37,456 nt of DNA, taken from positions 1 through 37,456 of the IMG/VR virus record IMGVR_UViG_3300033417_000032; one strand, written 5' to 3'. This stretch comes from a virus. Lineage: Duplodnaviria > Caudoviricetes. A program made the translations under genes and the position numbers. The first letter of the stretch is position 1; every line of letters starts with the position of its first letter. Shown piece after piece: positions 26,899 to 34,856 of this stretch. The notes beneath the pieces were generated by a model. That model had not been told where the DNA came from, did no database searches, and was given only the letters and a program-made list of their open reading frames with translations.

Positions 26899-27582
26899 AT
26901 GGCCAAGTTTAAAGAAGAATTAAACGGATGTAAAATTTTCATCAACTGTAATGATGATGAAGATGAATATTGCCATGATAAGAAAGACGACTGTTGGGAA
27001 AAGGATAGAGATAGAGGCAGGGATCGCGGCAGGAAAGATGATTGCAAGAAGCCGGAACCAGAATGCAAAGAATACCATCACCACCACAAGTGCGAATGCC
27101 CTAAACCTGAATATGCAGAGGTTTATTCGCAGGTAAACCAGACGCTGGCCGCATCACCTGGCCCTAACCAGAAAGGCGGCGTTGCAATGCTTGAAAAAAC
27201 AATCTTTTCCACTTCTGGAATCGATGTTTCTCAGGCCGCTGGAAATGGGAAAATCATTATCAACAAGGCTGGAAAGTATGATGTTTATACCGGCATTTGC
27301 GGTGCGCTTAACCCGATTCAAAGCCCATTGAAAGTATGGACGTTGTCATTGTTCTTGAACGGAGTCATTGTTCCAGCTTCGACATTTGCAAGTATGACTA
27401 TTTCGCCGGAACAGAAGTCTAATCAGGTTGTGGCAGATGTGTTCTTACACTTGGCAAAAGGAGATTACCTTCAGTTGTGCAACACAAGTGATTCAGTAAT
27501 TGAATTGACAGCTCCGACATTGGGAACCTTCGCACAGCCGAACAGTGCGTATCTCAAATTGATCCTGTTAGAAGCTGACTAA
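26899..27582 (+). CDS. Cys/His/charged N-terminus plus BclA-C/C1q-like beta-sandwich protein (moron-like)
   Basis: GGAG RBS; IIINKAGKYDV, LFLNGVIVPAS and LAKGDYLQLCN pattern of BclA-C/TNF-like domains; AT-rich upstream region and its own terminator. Confidence 0.65.
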   Translation: MAKFKEELNGCKIFINCNDDEDEYCHDKKDDCWEKDRDRGRDRGRKDDCKKPEPECKEYHHHHKCECPKPEYAEVYSQVNQTLAASPGPNQKGGVAMLEKTIFSTSGIDVSQAAGNGKIIINKAGKYDVYTGICGALNPIQSPLKVWTLSLFLNGVIVPASTFASMTISPEQKSNQVVADVFLHLAKGDYLQLCNTSDSVIELTAPTLGTFAQPNSAYLKLILLEAD

Positions 27583-27602
27583 AACCGTAGCCGTAGGGAA
27601 TT

Positions 27603-27634
27603 GGGGTATTCTGAGGAGGATGCCCCTTTTTTTT
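27603..27634 (+). terminator. Intrinsic terminator
   Basis: GGGGTATTCT-GAGG-AGGATGCCCC followed by T8. Confidence 0.85.
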
Positions 27635-27740
27635 GTCTTTACATTTTCGAGATAATGCGTAAAATTCTTTCCCCGCTGTGGTTTTGGGCGATTCTGGATG
27701 CAAAAAGCGCGATAGGTTTCACTATCACGCTTTATAATGG

Positions 27741-27908
27741 TCAATAAAAATCAGGGTTTTTTGCCGGTTTTGCAGCATCATCTGAAAATTGTATATTTTT
27801 TAACTCTTCCAAACATGGATAACAAAAATCCAGTCTAAGGTTTTTCACAGGAAAAATAGAATGCCCATGTTTGCAGATTGGTTTTATCGGTTCATTGATG
27901 TCACTCAT
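27741..27908 (-). CDS. Small hypothetical protein (CxH...CxxC)
   Basis: Hand translation: MSDINEPIKPICKHGHSIFPVKNLRLDFCYPCLEEL...; below the track cutoff. Confidence 0.45.
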   Translation of the reverse strand: MSDINEPIKPICKHGHSIFPVKNLRLDFCYPCLEELKNIQFSDDAAKPAKNPDFY

Positions 27909-27950
27909 CGCTCACCATCCACACTTCGTGTTCTTTTTGTTTGGCGTCAC

Positions 27951-28139
27951 TCATTTTCCATCCTTACATAAACAGCACGGCATCCACGGCGCATTTACTC
28001 TGTCACAGCGCGGGCAGATCCAGCCCTGCGGTGCAGTAACACTCGGCGCTAATATAGGCACAGTAGGCATGTTTCCAAGCGTACACCGACACATTCCGTC
28101 CGGCGTAACTCGCATCATACATTTTTGGCAATGAAGCAT
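27951..28139 (-). CDS. Small Cys-rich zinc-ribbon-like protein
   Basis: CQKC..CRC and GWICPRCDRVNAPW..CLC. Confidence 0.65.
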   Translation of the reverse strand: MLHCQKCMMRVTPDGMCRCTLGNMPTVPILAPSVTAPQGWICPRCDRVNAPWMPCCLCKDGK

Positions 28140-28204
28140 TTTCCACCTCAGCGCGATAGGTTATTTTATATAATCCATAACATTTAATTTAAAATTACAT
28201 ATTA

Positions 28205-28393
28205 CTATTCGCAGATTTCAATCACTCTATCGATATCCTGAGGGTTACCCCACATTTCAACCCATATTTCGCGCTGACAGGATTTGCAGCGTGCTCCAAT
28301 AACATCCTCACCATTTGCCCGGTATAAGACGTGCCTGATATTATGGTCAAGCTCATTTTTACATCTAATACATTTTTTTATTATGTGTGTCAT
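28205..28393 (-). CDS. Small zinc-ribbon-like protein
   Basis: CIRC...CKSC; ATGA-coupled. Confidence 0.6.
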   Translation of the reverse strand: MTHIIKKCIRCKNELDHNIRHVLYRANGEDVIGARCKSCQREIWVEMWGNPQDIDRVIEICE

Positions 28394-28890
28394 CGTACTG
28401 TAATCGTTCCATGCCCTTCGTTGTCAGTGGAGTTTCCATCCATCTCAACGTGCGTGGTCGCCACAGAGGGGGAGTCACCAGCACGCTCGCCACGCAACCA
28501 CATCTCAAGATAGCGCGTCACGCACAATCCCTGACCCGGATTGATAGTGATAGCATCAAAGGCATTGACCTCTTTGCCAGCAACGTTGAGTTTGATCTGA
28601 TACTGACCCCTAACCTGCACCTGAAACGTGTTGTAAAAACACATTTGATGCTGGCTGTTAACCGCCGTCCATTCCTTCATCTTGATCCGGGTTGTCGGCG
28701 CAATCGCTGTCGCCGTAATCCGACTCATCATCAGTGCAGTATTTTTTTTTTCGTCGTCAGACAGTGCCCAAGTTGTTGTTGTGGTTTTAGATATGCCCCC
28801 TTTGGTGCCGGGAGACACATTAACCACGGGTTTTGCAATGGCGATGCCGGCAACACATGACAACAAAAGTGCGAGTTTGTATCTTTTCAT
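28390..28890 (-). CDS. Secreted beta-sandwich protein A (paralog of 29362-29850)
   Basis: Sec signal peptide MKRYKLALLLSCVAGIAIA; two Cys in the mature part. Confidence 0.75.
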   Translation of the reverse strand: MKRYKLALLLSCVAGIAIAKPVVNVSPGTKGGISKTTTTTWALSDDEKKNTALMMSRITATAIAPTTRIKMKEWTAVNSQHQMCFYNTFQVQVRGQYQIKLNVAGKEVNAFDAITINPGQGLCVTRYLEMWLRGERAGDSPSVATTHVEMDGNSTDNEGHGTITVR

Positions 28891-28988
28891 TTTCTATTCC
28901 TTAGAATTATTAATATCAGAGCAACTGAAGATGCGATTATCAGGCCACAACCAATACCCTGAATAAAACCAATGCAATACTCAGTCAT
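28887..28988 (-). CDS. Small single-TM peptide
   Basis: MTEYCIGFIQGIGCGLIIASSVALILIILRNRK; ATGA-coupled to secreted protein A. Confidence 0.45.
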   Translation of the reverse strand: MTEYCIGFIQGIGCGLIIASSVALILIILRNRK

Positions 28989-29009
28989 GTTTTCATCTCA
29001 TTATAAAAG

Positions 29010-29135
29010 TGGCAATCGGCCGGAATTGCACCGGCTTTGGGTTCTATTACGCAAGCTGGTCAATCCATCTTGCTACCCATTACACCGTCTAATGACCGAG
29101 ACGGAAGGTGTCGCACTGTCCACGCCGCGATTGCC
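29010..29135 (-). ncRNA. tRNA-like RNA with enlarged central region
   Basis: 8-bp terminal stem GGCAATCG/CGATTGCC stacked on the T-arm GCCGG-TGCAATT-CCGGC; D-arm-like segment containing GG; two internal hairpins in place of a normal anticodon arm. Confidence 0.7.
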
Positions 29136-29140
29136 GTAAA

Positions 29141-29350
29141 CTATTTCTGATTCACTTTTTGACAAGCCATAGATTTTTTAGCAAAGAAACAGGCTTCTTC
29201 CAGTTTCGTTTTAACAATACTATATTCCCTTCCTGTACCACATATTGCAGAAAGCTCAGTTAAGAAAGCATCAAACATGCTTTTTATAAGATTGGCTTTT
29301 CCGATACCTTCTTCATTTAACATATGAACAGTAAATTCATTGTGTTCCAT
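29141..29350 (-). CDS. Acb2/Tad1-like helical-hairpin protein (putative nucleotide-signal sponge, anti-defence)
   Basis: GREYSIVKTKLEEACFFAKKSMA matches the R..s.a.TkLEeA..wa...ia hairpin of the Acb2/Tad1 superfamily; AAGGAG RBS. Confidence 0.68.
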   Translation of the reverse strand: MEHNEFTVHMLNEEGIGKANLIKSMFDAFLTELSAICGTGREYSIVKTKLEEACFFAKKSMACQKVNQK

Positions 29351-29361
29351 TGTGTTGCTCC

Positions 29362-29850
29362 TTATCTCACAAAAATATATGCGTCCGAATGGATCTCTTT
29401 TTTGCCAGCCAAGTATGTCGTTCCGCTTGTACTGGCGGAGTATCTATAATTTCCAGCACTCGGGAACGATACCTGCCTGTAAAGCTCTTTTGTTACGCAG
29501 GTGCGGTTCTTATTTGGTATTACGATATGTTCGCTTACCACGGTCTGCTGCCCGCCAATATCCAGCGTAAACACATAATCAGCCTCAGTCGTCAACAGGG
29601 TGCTGAAGCATACAGTGTGGCTACTGCGTGCCATTACAGGCTTATTGACGGACGCATTGACGTTATACGCCGCAGCACTGACATCGGCAGTAGCGGTCAT
29701 ACGCAGAGACTTGATCTCAGCATCGGTCAGGGCGGTGGACTCAATCCTGCTGTAGGACACGCCTGCCAGACCGGGGGAGGATTTAATCGTTGGCTCCGCA
29801 TGGGCCGACATACAGGTAATCAAACAGACAGGCCATATCAACCGCTTCAT
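29362..29850 (-). CDS. Secreted beta-sandwich protein B (paralog of 28390-28890)
   Basis: Signal peptide ending in AHA; colinear similarity to protein A. Confidence 0.75.
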   Translation of the reverse strand: MKRLIWPVCLITCMSAHAEPTIKSSPGLAGVSYSRIESTALTDAEIKSLRMTATADVSAAAYNVNASVNKPVMARSSHTVCFSTLLTTEADYVFTLDIGGQQTVVSEHIVIPNKNRTCVTKELYRQVSFPSAGNYRYSASTSGTTYLAGKKEIHSDAYIFVR

Positions 29851-30005
29851 AGGGGAGTCACCTCATACTTTGTGTAACTCACGCCACCAACTCCGCCAGG
29901 TGTAGTGTATACCTTCGAATTTCCAAATTGTGGTGTTGGAGCCTGTTGCATCTGGCAAGCCGTTAATAATAACGCTGCCATAAAAAGTAACATTTTCTTA
30001 ATCAT
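29847..30005 (-). CDS. 52-aa lipoprotein
   Basis: MIKKMLLFMAALLLTA-CQMQQAPTPQFGNSKVYTTPGGVGGVSYTKYEVTPL; lipobox LTAC; ATGA overlaps at both ends; missing from the ORF track. Confidence 0.72.
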   Translation of the reverse strand: MIKKMLLFMAALLLTACQMQQAPTPQFGNSKVYTTPGGVGGVSYTKYEVTPL

Positions 30006-30352
30006 TGTATTGATTCCGCTTGTGAATTATGAGCATTACTGAAACTTTTCTTAAAGTATTTATGAACGTCAGATGCTTCTAATAGTGACGATTTCAAGTC
30101 ATTTATTATTTTTATAATAGATTGGTTATCTTCTTCGTCAACATTTTCAGGATGAGAAGCAGAACACTCCAAGCAGTCCAGAAAATTCAGCAAAGACGAA
30201 AATATAGAACTAAACCCGACATTTAAAGCCCATATGATGTCTAATTGTCCATACTCTTCCATGTGTTTCTTCATTCTTTTATCAATAATCTCATTAATCT
30301 GGGAATTAATTTGACTGATGTCGAAATATAGTTCTTCCAATTTATTTGCCAT
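30002..30352 (-). CDS. Hypothetical protein
   Basis: Coupled ORF in the minus-strand operon. Confidence 0.6.
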   Translation of the reverse strand: MANKLEELYFDISQINSQINEIIDKRMKKHMEEYGQLDIIWALNVGFSSIFSSLLNFLDCLECSASHPENVDEEDNQSIIKIINDLKSSLLEASDVHKYFKKSFSNAHNSQAESIQ

Positions 30353-30582
30353 TACTCCCCCGTGTCGACTGGCGCATCTTTATTGCTAACTTCAAATGTC
30401 ACACCTGAATGCTCGCATGTTCTGTATTCTGGAGTAACCTTCGCTGTTAATGCTGCAATGTCGTCATCATAGTGCTTTATTTTTCTGTCAATCACATTAC
30501 AGAAAACTTCCCTGACGTCTAAAAGTGCCTGACGGTAAGCATCTTTTTGCAATATTAAAATGTTCAGGCTTTTGTTATCCAT
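30352..30582 (-). CDS. Hypothetical protein
   Basis: TAATG-coupled ORF. Confidence 0.55.
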   Translation of the reverse strand: MDNKSLNILILQKDAYRQALLDVREVFCNVIDRKIKHYDDDIAALTAKVTPEYRTCEHSGVTFEVSNKDAPVDTGE

Positions 30583-30587
30583 ATAAT

Positions 30588-30824
30588 TTACCTTTTTAAT
30601 TGTTTCATGATCTCTTTTAGCCTTTCGACCGCTTCTTGTGATGTAACAAATCCTTCACTTCGTATTATTGAATCAATGTTAGGCTCACCCATTCCATCTT
30701 GTTTTTCGAGAAAAGACATATTTACAGAATATTGAGCCTTATATTCAGGCCCGTGATTCATTATCCAAAATGTAACACTATGTGAAATGACCATTACTTC
30801 ATTACAAAACTCTATGACTTTCAT
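30588..30824 (-). CDS. Hypothetical protein
   Basis: Packed ORF with AAGGT RBS. Confidence 0.55.
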   Translation of the reverse strand: MKVIEFCNEVMVISHSVTFWIMNHGPEYKAQYSVNMSFLEKQDGMGEPNIDSIIRSEGFVTSQEAVERLKEIMKQLKR

Positions 30825-30911
30825 TATTACACCTTCTAAAGGAGGCCTATTTTCCTGATGGCGAGATCAATTTGCATAGCGCATACCAGAGCAGTATCGT
30901 CGGCCATAAAC

Positions 30912-31088
30912 CTAAATTAACGTTTCTTCAGAGAATCTTTTAATCAAAGAATTCATACCCATTTTGAAATCTTTGATTGCTGATTTAACAGCTTTTTTTC
31001 TTGCAGCATTCTCTGATCGGGATGATTTATTTAAAACCTTATCTTTTTTGGCTTTATTTGCTACTTTCTTTCCTGCTTTCTTGACCAT
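30912..31088 (-). CDS. 58-aa Lys/Ala-rich basic (histone-H1-like composition) protein
   Basis: MVKKAGKKVANKAKKDKVLNKSSRSENAARKKAVKSAIKDFK...; GAGG RBS; below the track cutoff. Confidence 0.6.
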   Translation of the reverse strand: MVKKAGKKVANKAKKDKVLNKSSRSENAARKKAVKSAIKDFKMGMNSLIKRFSEETLI

Positions 31089-31106
31089 CTTTGTTTCCTC
31101 TCTTTG

Positions 31107-31667
31107 TTAAAGTAACATTTTGAAAATACATATCACCAAAATCATAATTATCAGACCGCCGATAATCGCTAAAATTGGAGAATATGAATACATTGGCTGC
31201 TGATAGACTGGCTGTGCCATAACTCCGCCTTCTGTCATGACAGGCTGACCGACAACTGGAGCCATAGGCGCTGCAACCATTGGGGCACCCATAACGGTTC
31301 CGTGATTAGCCAGTGAACCGCCTATAAACCCGCCTAACATGCCATGCCAGAAACCCCCGCCACCGCCTCCGCCATAACCACCAGAGTGATGATTGTTATT
31401 TATCACGGTTGTTGTGTGTGTCTGTTGCGCGGACTGCTGCGAAGAATACCTTTGCTGTGGTGCTGCATTATAGGTGCTTCTGCTTGATGATGAAGGACTG
31501 TATCCGCTCCGCGCCGTTCCTAAGTATCCTGACCTGCTATACCCTGATGAACGGTATGAAGAAGAACGAAAACCAGACCCACCGCGCCCGCTTGAATATC
31601 CAGCATCTGACATGGAAGCGAAAAACATGCTTCCTATTAAAGCGCATGTGAGTAATTTGATTTTCAT
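31107..31667 (-). CDS. Exported Gly/Ser/Arg-rich protein with glycine zipper and C-terminal TM anchor
   Basis: Signal peptide, SSGRGGSGFRSSSYRSSG low-complexity region, GMLGGFIGG and a C-terminal hydrophobic helix. Confidence 0.72.
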   Translation of the reverse strand: MKIKLLTCALIGSMFFASMSDAGYSSGRGGSGFRSSSYRSSGYSRSGYLGTARSGYSPSSSSRSTYNAAPQQRYSSQQSAQQTHTTTVINNNHHSGGYGGGGGGGFWHGMLGGFIGGSLANHGTVMGAPMVAAPMAPVVGQPVMTEGGVMAQPVYQQPMYSYSPILAIIGGLIIMILVICIFKMLL

Positions 31668-31876
31668 TTAAATCCGTCCATTTCGTCCATTACCTCTTTT
31701 ACAACTGCTTCCAGAGTATCTCCGAAAGACCAATAATGTCCGTCATCCTCAGGGTCTGGAAAAAATTTAAGACCCCAAACATCTTTTGGATTATCTGAAG
31801 GATCATATTTCAGGATAAACTTTGCGCCTTTTTTCTCAGCGCGTTTTATAAGTCTTTCAAGCATTTTAGGTTCCAT
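31664..31876 (-). CDS. Hypothetical protein
   Basis: ATGA-coupled ORF. Confidence 0.6.
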   Translation of the reverse strand: MEPKMLERLIKRAEKKGAKFILKYDPSDNPKDVWGLKFFPDPEDDGHYWSFGDTLEAVVKEVMDEMDGFK

Positions 31877-32013
31877 ATCAGTTTAAGCGTTCCCATGAAA
31901 ACAGATGTGCCAATTGCGAGTCCAAATCCAATTCCAATGCACATGAAAGTGAACTGAAAAAACAGACACAAAAGATCGTGAATCATATTCATCCCTTAAT
32001 AATGATTTGTTTT

Positions 32014-32214
32014 TTAATTCATAATCTCCGCAAGAGTCATATTGACATTTTCCTCTTTTACGGCAGCTTGCAGCAGTTTTATTGCCTTTGTGCGTTCACA
32101 GCAGTCTTTATCCAAGTTTTCTGCCATGCTTCTGTACTTATTTGCCTGTTCTTTGTCAGTATTCTGTTTCTCTGTTAAGAGATTCAGAAGTCCTGTCATT
32201 TGATTATTCACCAT
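32014..32214 (-). CDS. Hypothetical coiled-coil protein
   Basis: AAGGGAG RBS upstream. Confidence 0.5.
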   Translation of the reverse strand: MVNNQMTGLLNLLTEKQNTDKEQANKYRSMAENLDKDCCERTKAIKLLQAAVKEENVNMTLAEIMN

Positions 32215-32391
32215 TATCGATAGCTCCCTTTACCAGCTTTAAAACTGTAAGACATTCATTGGTTTTTTTGATTGCTAAGTTAATGTCATTCCTCGCCAAT
32301 GCTTCGTCAATTAATGTTAATGCCTGAAGTGTACTGTTTAAAAACTCCATAAATTCTGTATCTTTCATTTGTAAATCCTTTTTGTGTGCGT

Positions 32392-32586
32392 TTATTTTTG
32401 CCGTGTTCCGTTCGGGCTTCTTCTTCTTTCTATTCTAGACACGTCGATTTCTCTGATAACATAGAATGCCCCGATTTTTCTGGCTTTTAATAACTTCTCA
32501 CGGATCATTCTCCTGATCTGTGATTCGGACATTCCCGTTTTCTTGGCCGCATCTTTTACGCTAATGAGCATTTTTATTGATTCCAT
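32392..32586 (-). CDS. Excisionase-like (HTH_17/MerR-type) DNA-binding protein
   Basis: LISVKDAAKKTGMSESQIRRMIREKLLKARKIG winged-HTH pattern. Confidence 0.82.
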   Translation of the reverse strand: MESIKMLISVKDAAKKTGMSESQIRRMIREKLLKARKIGAFYVIREIDVSRIERRRSPNGTRQK

Positions 32587-32642
32587 CAGGGATTATGATT
32601 ATAATTTTTATAAATCTCCCTTGAGATTGTTCGGACGAATCT

Positions 32643-32672
32643 CCGCCCCTCTGATCCGGGGCGGTTTTTTTT
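32643..32672 (+). terminator. Terminator-like hairpin, U-tract on the plus strand
   Basis: CCGCCCC-N8-GGGGCGG followed by T8. Confidence 0.65.
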
Positions 32673-33525
32673 ATTTAACCTCTCCTGTTTCAGCGTCAGC
32701 AATGTGGTTCAACTTCGGCTTTGCCTTATCTGCCAGAAGCGAATTGACATGCTCTGACGCGCTTACGTTTTCCTCTTTCTGCACTTTAAAAACATCATCC
32801 ACAGAGATCATCTTATCTTTGATTGCGGTTCCGACACCGATCAATGAACGAAGGTCATCAGGAGTAATGTCGTTCATTGTTGGGCGTTCGTAGTATTCAA
32901 GGATCATATCCTTGTCGATACCCATTTTTGCGAGTTTATCGAATACTTCACGAACTTTTGCATTTATCGAGGATGATTTTGTATCGCCAACAGAGGCGAC
33001 CATTGCTCGCTCATAGACACGATTAACAAGAGCCTTTGGGATAACCTTAAAGATAGCGTTACGCAAAGCCTTTGCGCTTGCAGCATTGGAGAGCATGGTC
33101 TGCATGTCTGCATTTGCAGTATATCCGCCTTTGCCGCCCTTCTGACCGAATATGATGCTTACTTTGTTTTGCATGGAAACCTTGACGTTTTTTTCAAGAT
33201 CCCAAGCAACCCCTTCAGCGGTAATGTGTTTCCCGTCATTTTCGACAATACGAGTTGCGGCGTGGATGTTTCCCCATGCGTTAGCCATAATTTCAGCAAG
33301 GCGGATTGATGGGCCTTTAATCTCAACCCTAACACCATCTTTATCTTTCCTTGGAAGTACGTAAAAGCAGCTCTGTGCAGTTTCTTCATCCATTGTTGCT
33401 AGCATAACAGCATACTCTATTGAGCGATTTGTATCCCTTGGGTATGACTTTGCGGTAGTGATCTGTACGTCAAGCTCGGCGCGGGCAATAATGCCATTAT
33501 CCTGAACCATCAATTCCTGACTCAT
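32671..33525 (-). CDS. Putative single-strand annealing recombinase
   Basis: AELDVQITTAKSYPRD, GPSIRLAE..A.AWGN and KALRNAIFKVIP motifs; C-terminal DAETGEV tail; directly downstream of the exonuclease. Confidence 0.62.
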   Translation of the reverse strand: MSQELMVQDNGIIARAELDVQITTAKSYPRDTNRSIEYAVMLATMDEETAQSCFYVLPRKDKDGVRVEIKGPSIRLAEIMANAWGNIHAATRIVENDGKHITAEGVAWDLEKNVKVSMQNKVSIIFGQKGGKGGYTANADMQTMLSNAASAKALRNAIFKVIPKALVNRVYERAMVASVGDTKSSSINAKVREVFDKLAKMGIDKDMILEYYERPTMNDITPDDLRSLIGVGTAIKDKMISVDDVFKVQKEENVSASEHVNSLLADKAKPKLNHIADAETGEVK

Positions 33526-33538
33526 GTTTCAACCTCTC

Positions 33539-34363
33539 TTATAAATTTTCAGCCCAAGCGGGAAGCCCGATAGTTTGAGTTTCATAGCCGGGCCATTGAT
33601 TTGTTTCAGCGCAGAATTTCATACTTGGAAGGACACGCCTTAATGTGTTATGCGCGGAATCGAGCGCAGTTTCGTCAAGTATATATACAGCAACCAGAAA
33701 AGGAAGGGATTTTTCCACACACACAAAAACGTGTTTTTTGATGTCCTCACCGGTCGCTGCATTGATGCCCTCACGGTTCATGGCGGACTGCAAATGGTAG
33801 CCATGCTGCGCCATTGCGTTCTGGAATGTACGAGGATCGGCACTGCTGATGGTTTTCAGATCCACCGTCATATTTCCGTGCCAGACGTCCGGCCTTGTCT
33901 TTAACTTCAGGCCGGTTCGTGCATCATCCCAAAAGATTGAATGCTCATACAGACCGTCCTCGATCAGGGCTGACGCCTCTGGATGCTCCTTGACTGCATT
34001 CCGCATCCCAACCAGTGTCCTGTATTCCTCCGCTGTTATGACAATCCGGTCACTGTTTTCAATTGTCTCGCACTGCGCTTTGTATGCGTCATATTTCTCG
34101 CGCCCGACATTCTTAAGAAGTACTGGGTCAGGCTTGACAACATATTGATCATCAAACAGGTGCCGCTCCAGAACGAACACATGGAATGCAGACCCGAATA
34201 TCATGGCTCTGGTCTGTTCATTGACCCGATGCTCTGGATCAAATCGGCTTTTGAAATACCTGAAAGGGGATTCCATGAACTCCACAATCCCAGACCGGCT
34301 GATTGACCCCTTATTGTCATGGTATTCATCATTTGACATATTTTCGTACACTATAGCAGCCAT
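33539..34363 (-). CDS. RecE/exonuclease VIII-like PD-(D/E)XK nuclease (DUF3799-like)
   Basis: MSNDEYH, FGSAFHVFVLE, KTRPD, VDLKT, YHLQSAM and FVCVEK; GAGGAG RBS before ATG 34363. Confidence 0.9.
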   Translation of the reverse strand: MAAIVYENMSNDEYHDNKGSISRSGIVEFMESPFRYFKSRFDPEHRVNEQTRAMIFGSAFHVFVLERHLFDDQYVVKPDPVLLKNVGREKYDAYKAQCETIENSDRIVITAEEYRTLVGMRNAVKEHPEASALIEDGLYEHSIFWDDARTGLKLKTRPDVWHGNMTVDLKTISSADPRTFQNAMAQHGYHLQSAMNREGINAATGEDIKKHVFVCVEKSLPFLVAVYILDETALDSAHNTLRRVLPSMKFCAETNQWPGYETQTIGLPAWAENL

Positions 34364-34449
34364 GGTCTTTTGCTCCTCTTGTTGCAAAAATGGCACCGCC
34401 TACCGGCACTTATTGCTCCGCACTTTGGGCACCTGAACTGCTCAGCCAT
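34351..34449 (-). CDS. Tiny zinc-ribbon peptide
   Basis: MAEQFRCPKCGAISAGRRCHFCNKRSKRPWLL; TAATG-coupled to an upstream 23-aa hydrophobic ORF (34449-34520). Confidence 0.45.
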   Translation of the reverse strand: MAEQFRCPKCGAISAGRRCHFCNKRSKRPWLL

Positions 34450-34707
34450 TAGATCGCCCCCATGACAAACAAAACCATACCGCCGATTACAACTCCTGCT
34501 GCTATTTCCAGAACCAACATGTTTCACGCTCCCAGTTTTTCCAAAGAATCGAATTTTGTTTTTTCAGCTTGTCTCATTGACCAGCGCCTACCCTGAATTG
34601 CATTCTCCAAAACACTCAGCTCAAGATAATCCAGTCTTTCGACTAAGGTTACTATCTGACCAATTACGCAAGTTGTGACGTTTTTCGCTTCCATTATACA
34701 ATCCCTC

Positions 34708-34845
34708 TCAATAATATGTTCTGTTAGTTAATTCGATATCCCTGCATCTCCGCGCATCGTCGTCTGCCTTCCATTCATCCCATTCTTCTTTGTCGTGAAG
34801 GCAATCATCGGTGTCATAATCGAAATCGTCGTTGTAGTCGTTCAT
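34708..34845 (-). CDS. Small very acidic protein
   Basis: AGGAG RBS before ATG 34845; MNDYNDDFDYDTDDCLHDKEEWDEWKADDDARR... Confidence 0.6.
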   Translation of the reverse strand: MNDYNDDFDYDTDDCLHDKEEWDEWKADDDARRCRDIELTNRTYY

Positions 34846-34856
34846 TTTTAATACTC

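Noticed and set aside
29010-29135. Calling the element a canonical tRNA or tmRNA
   Set aside because: No 7-nt anticodon loop on a 5-bp stem in the right place, no tag reading frame, and the wrong length for either.
34519-34528. ATGTTTCACG as a fourth parS site
   Set aside because: Only a half-site; the right arm (CTCCCAG) does not match.
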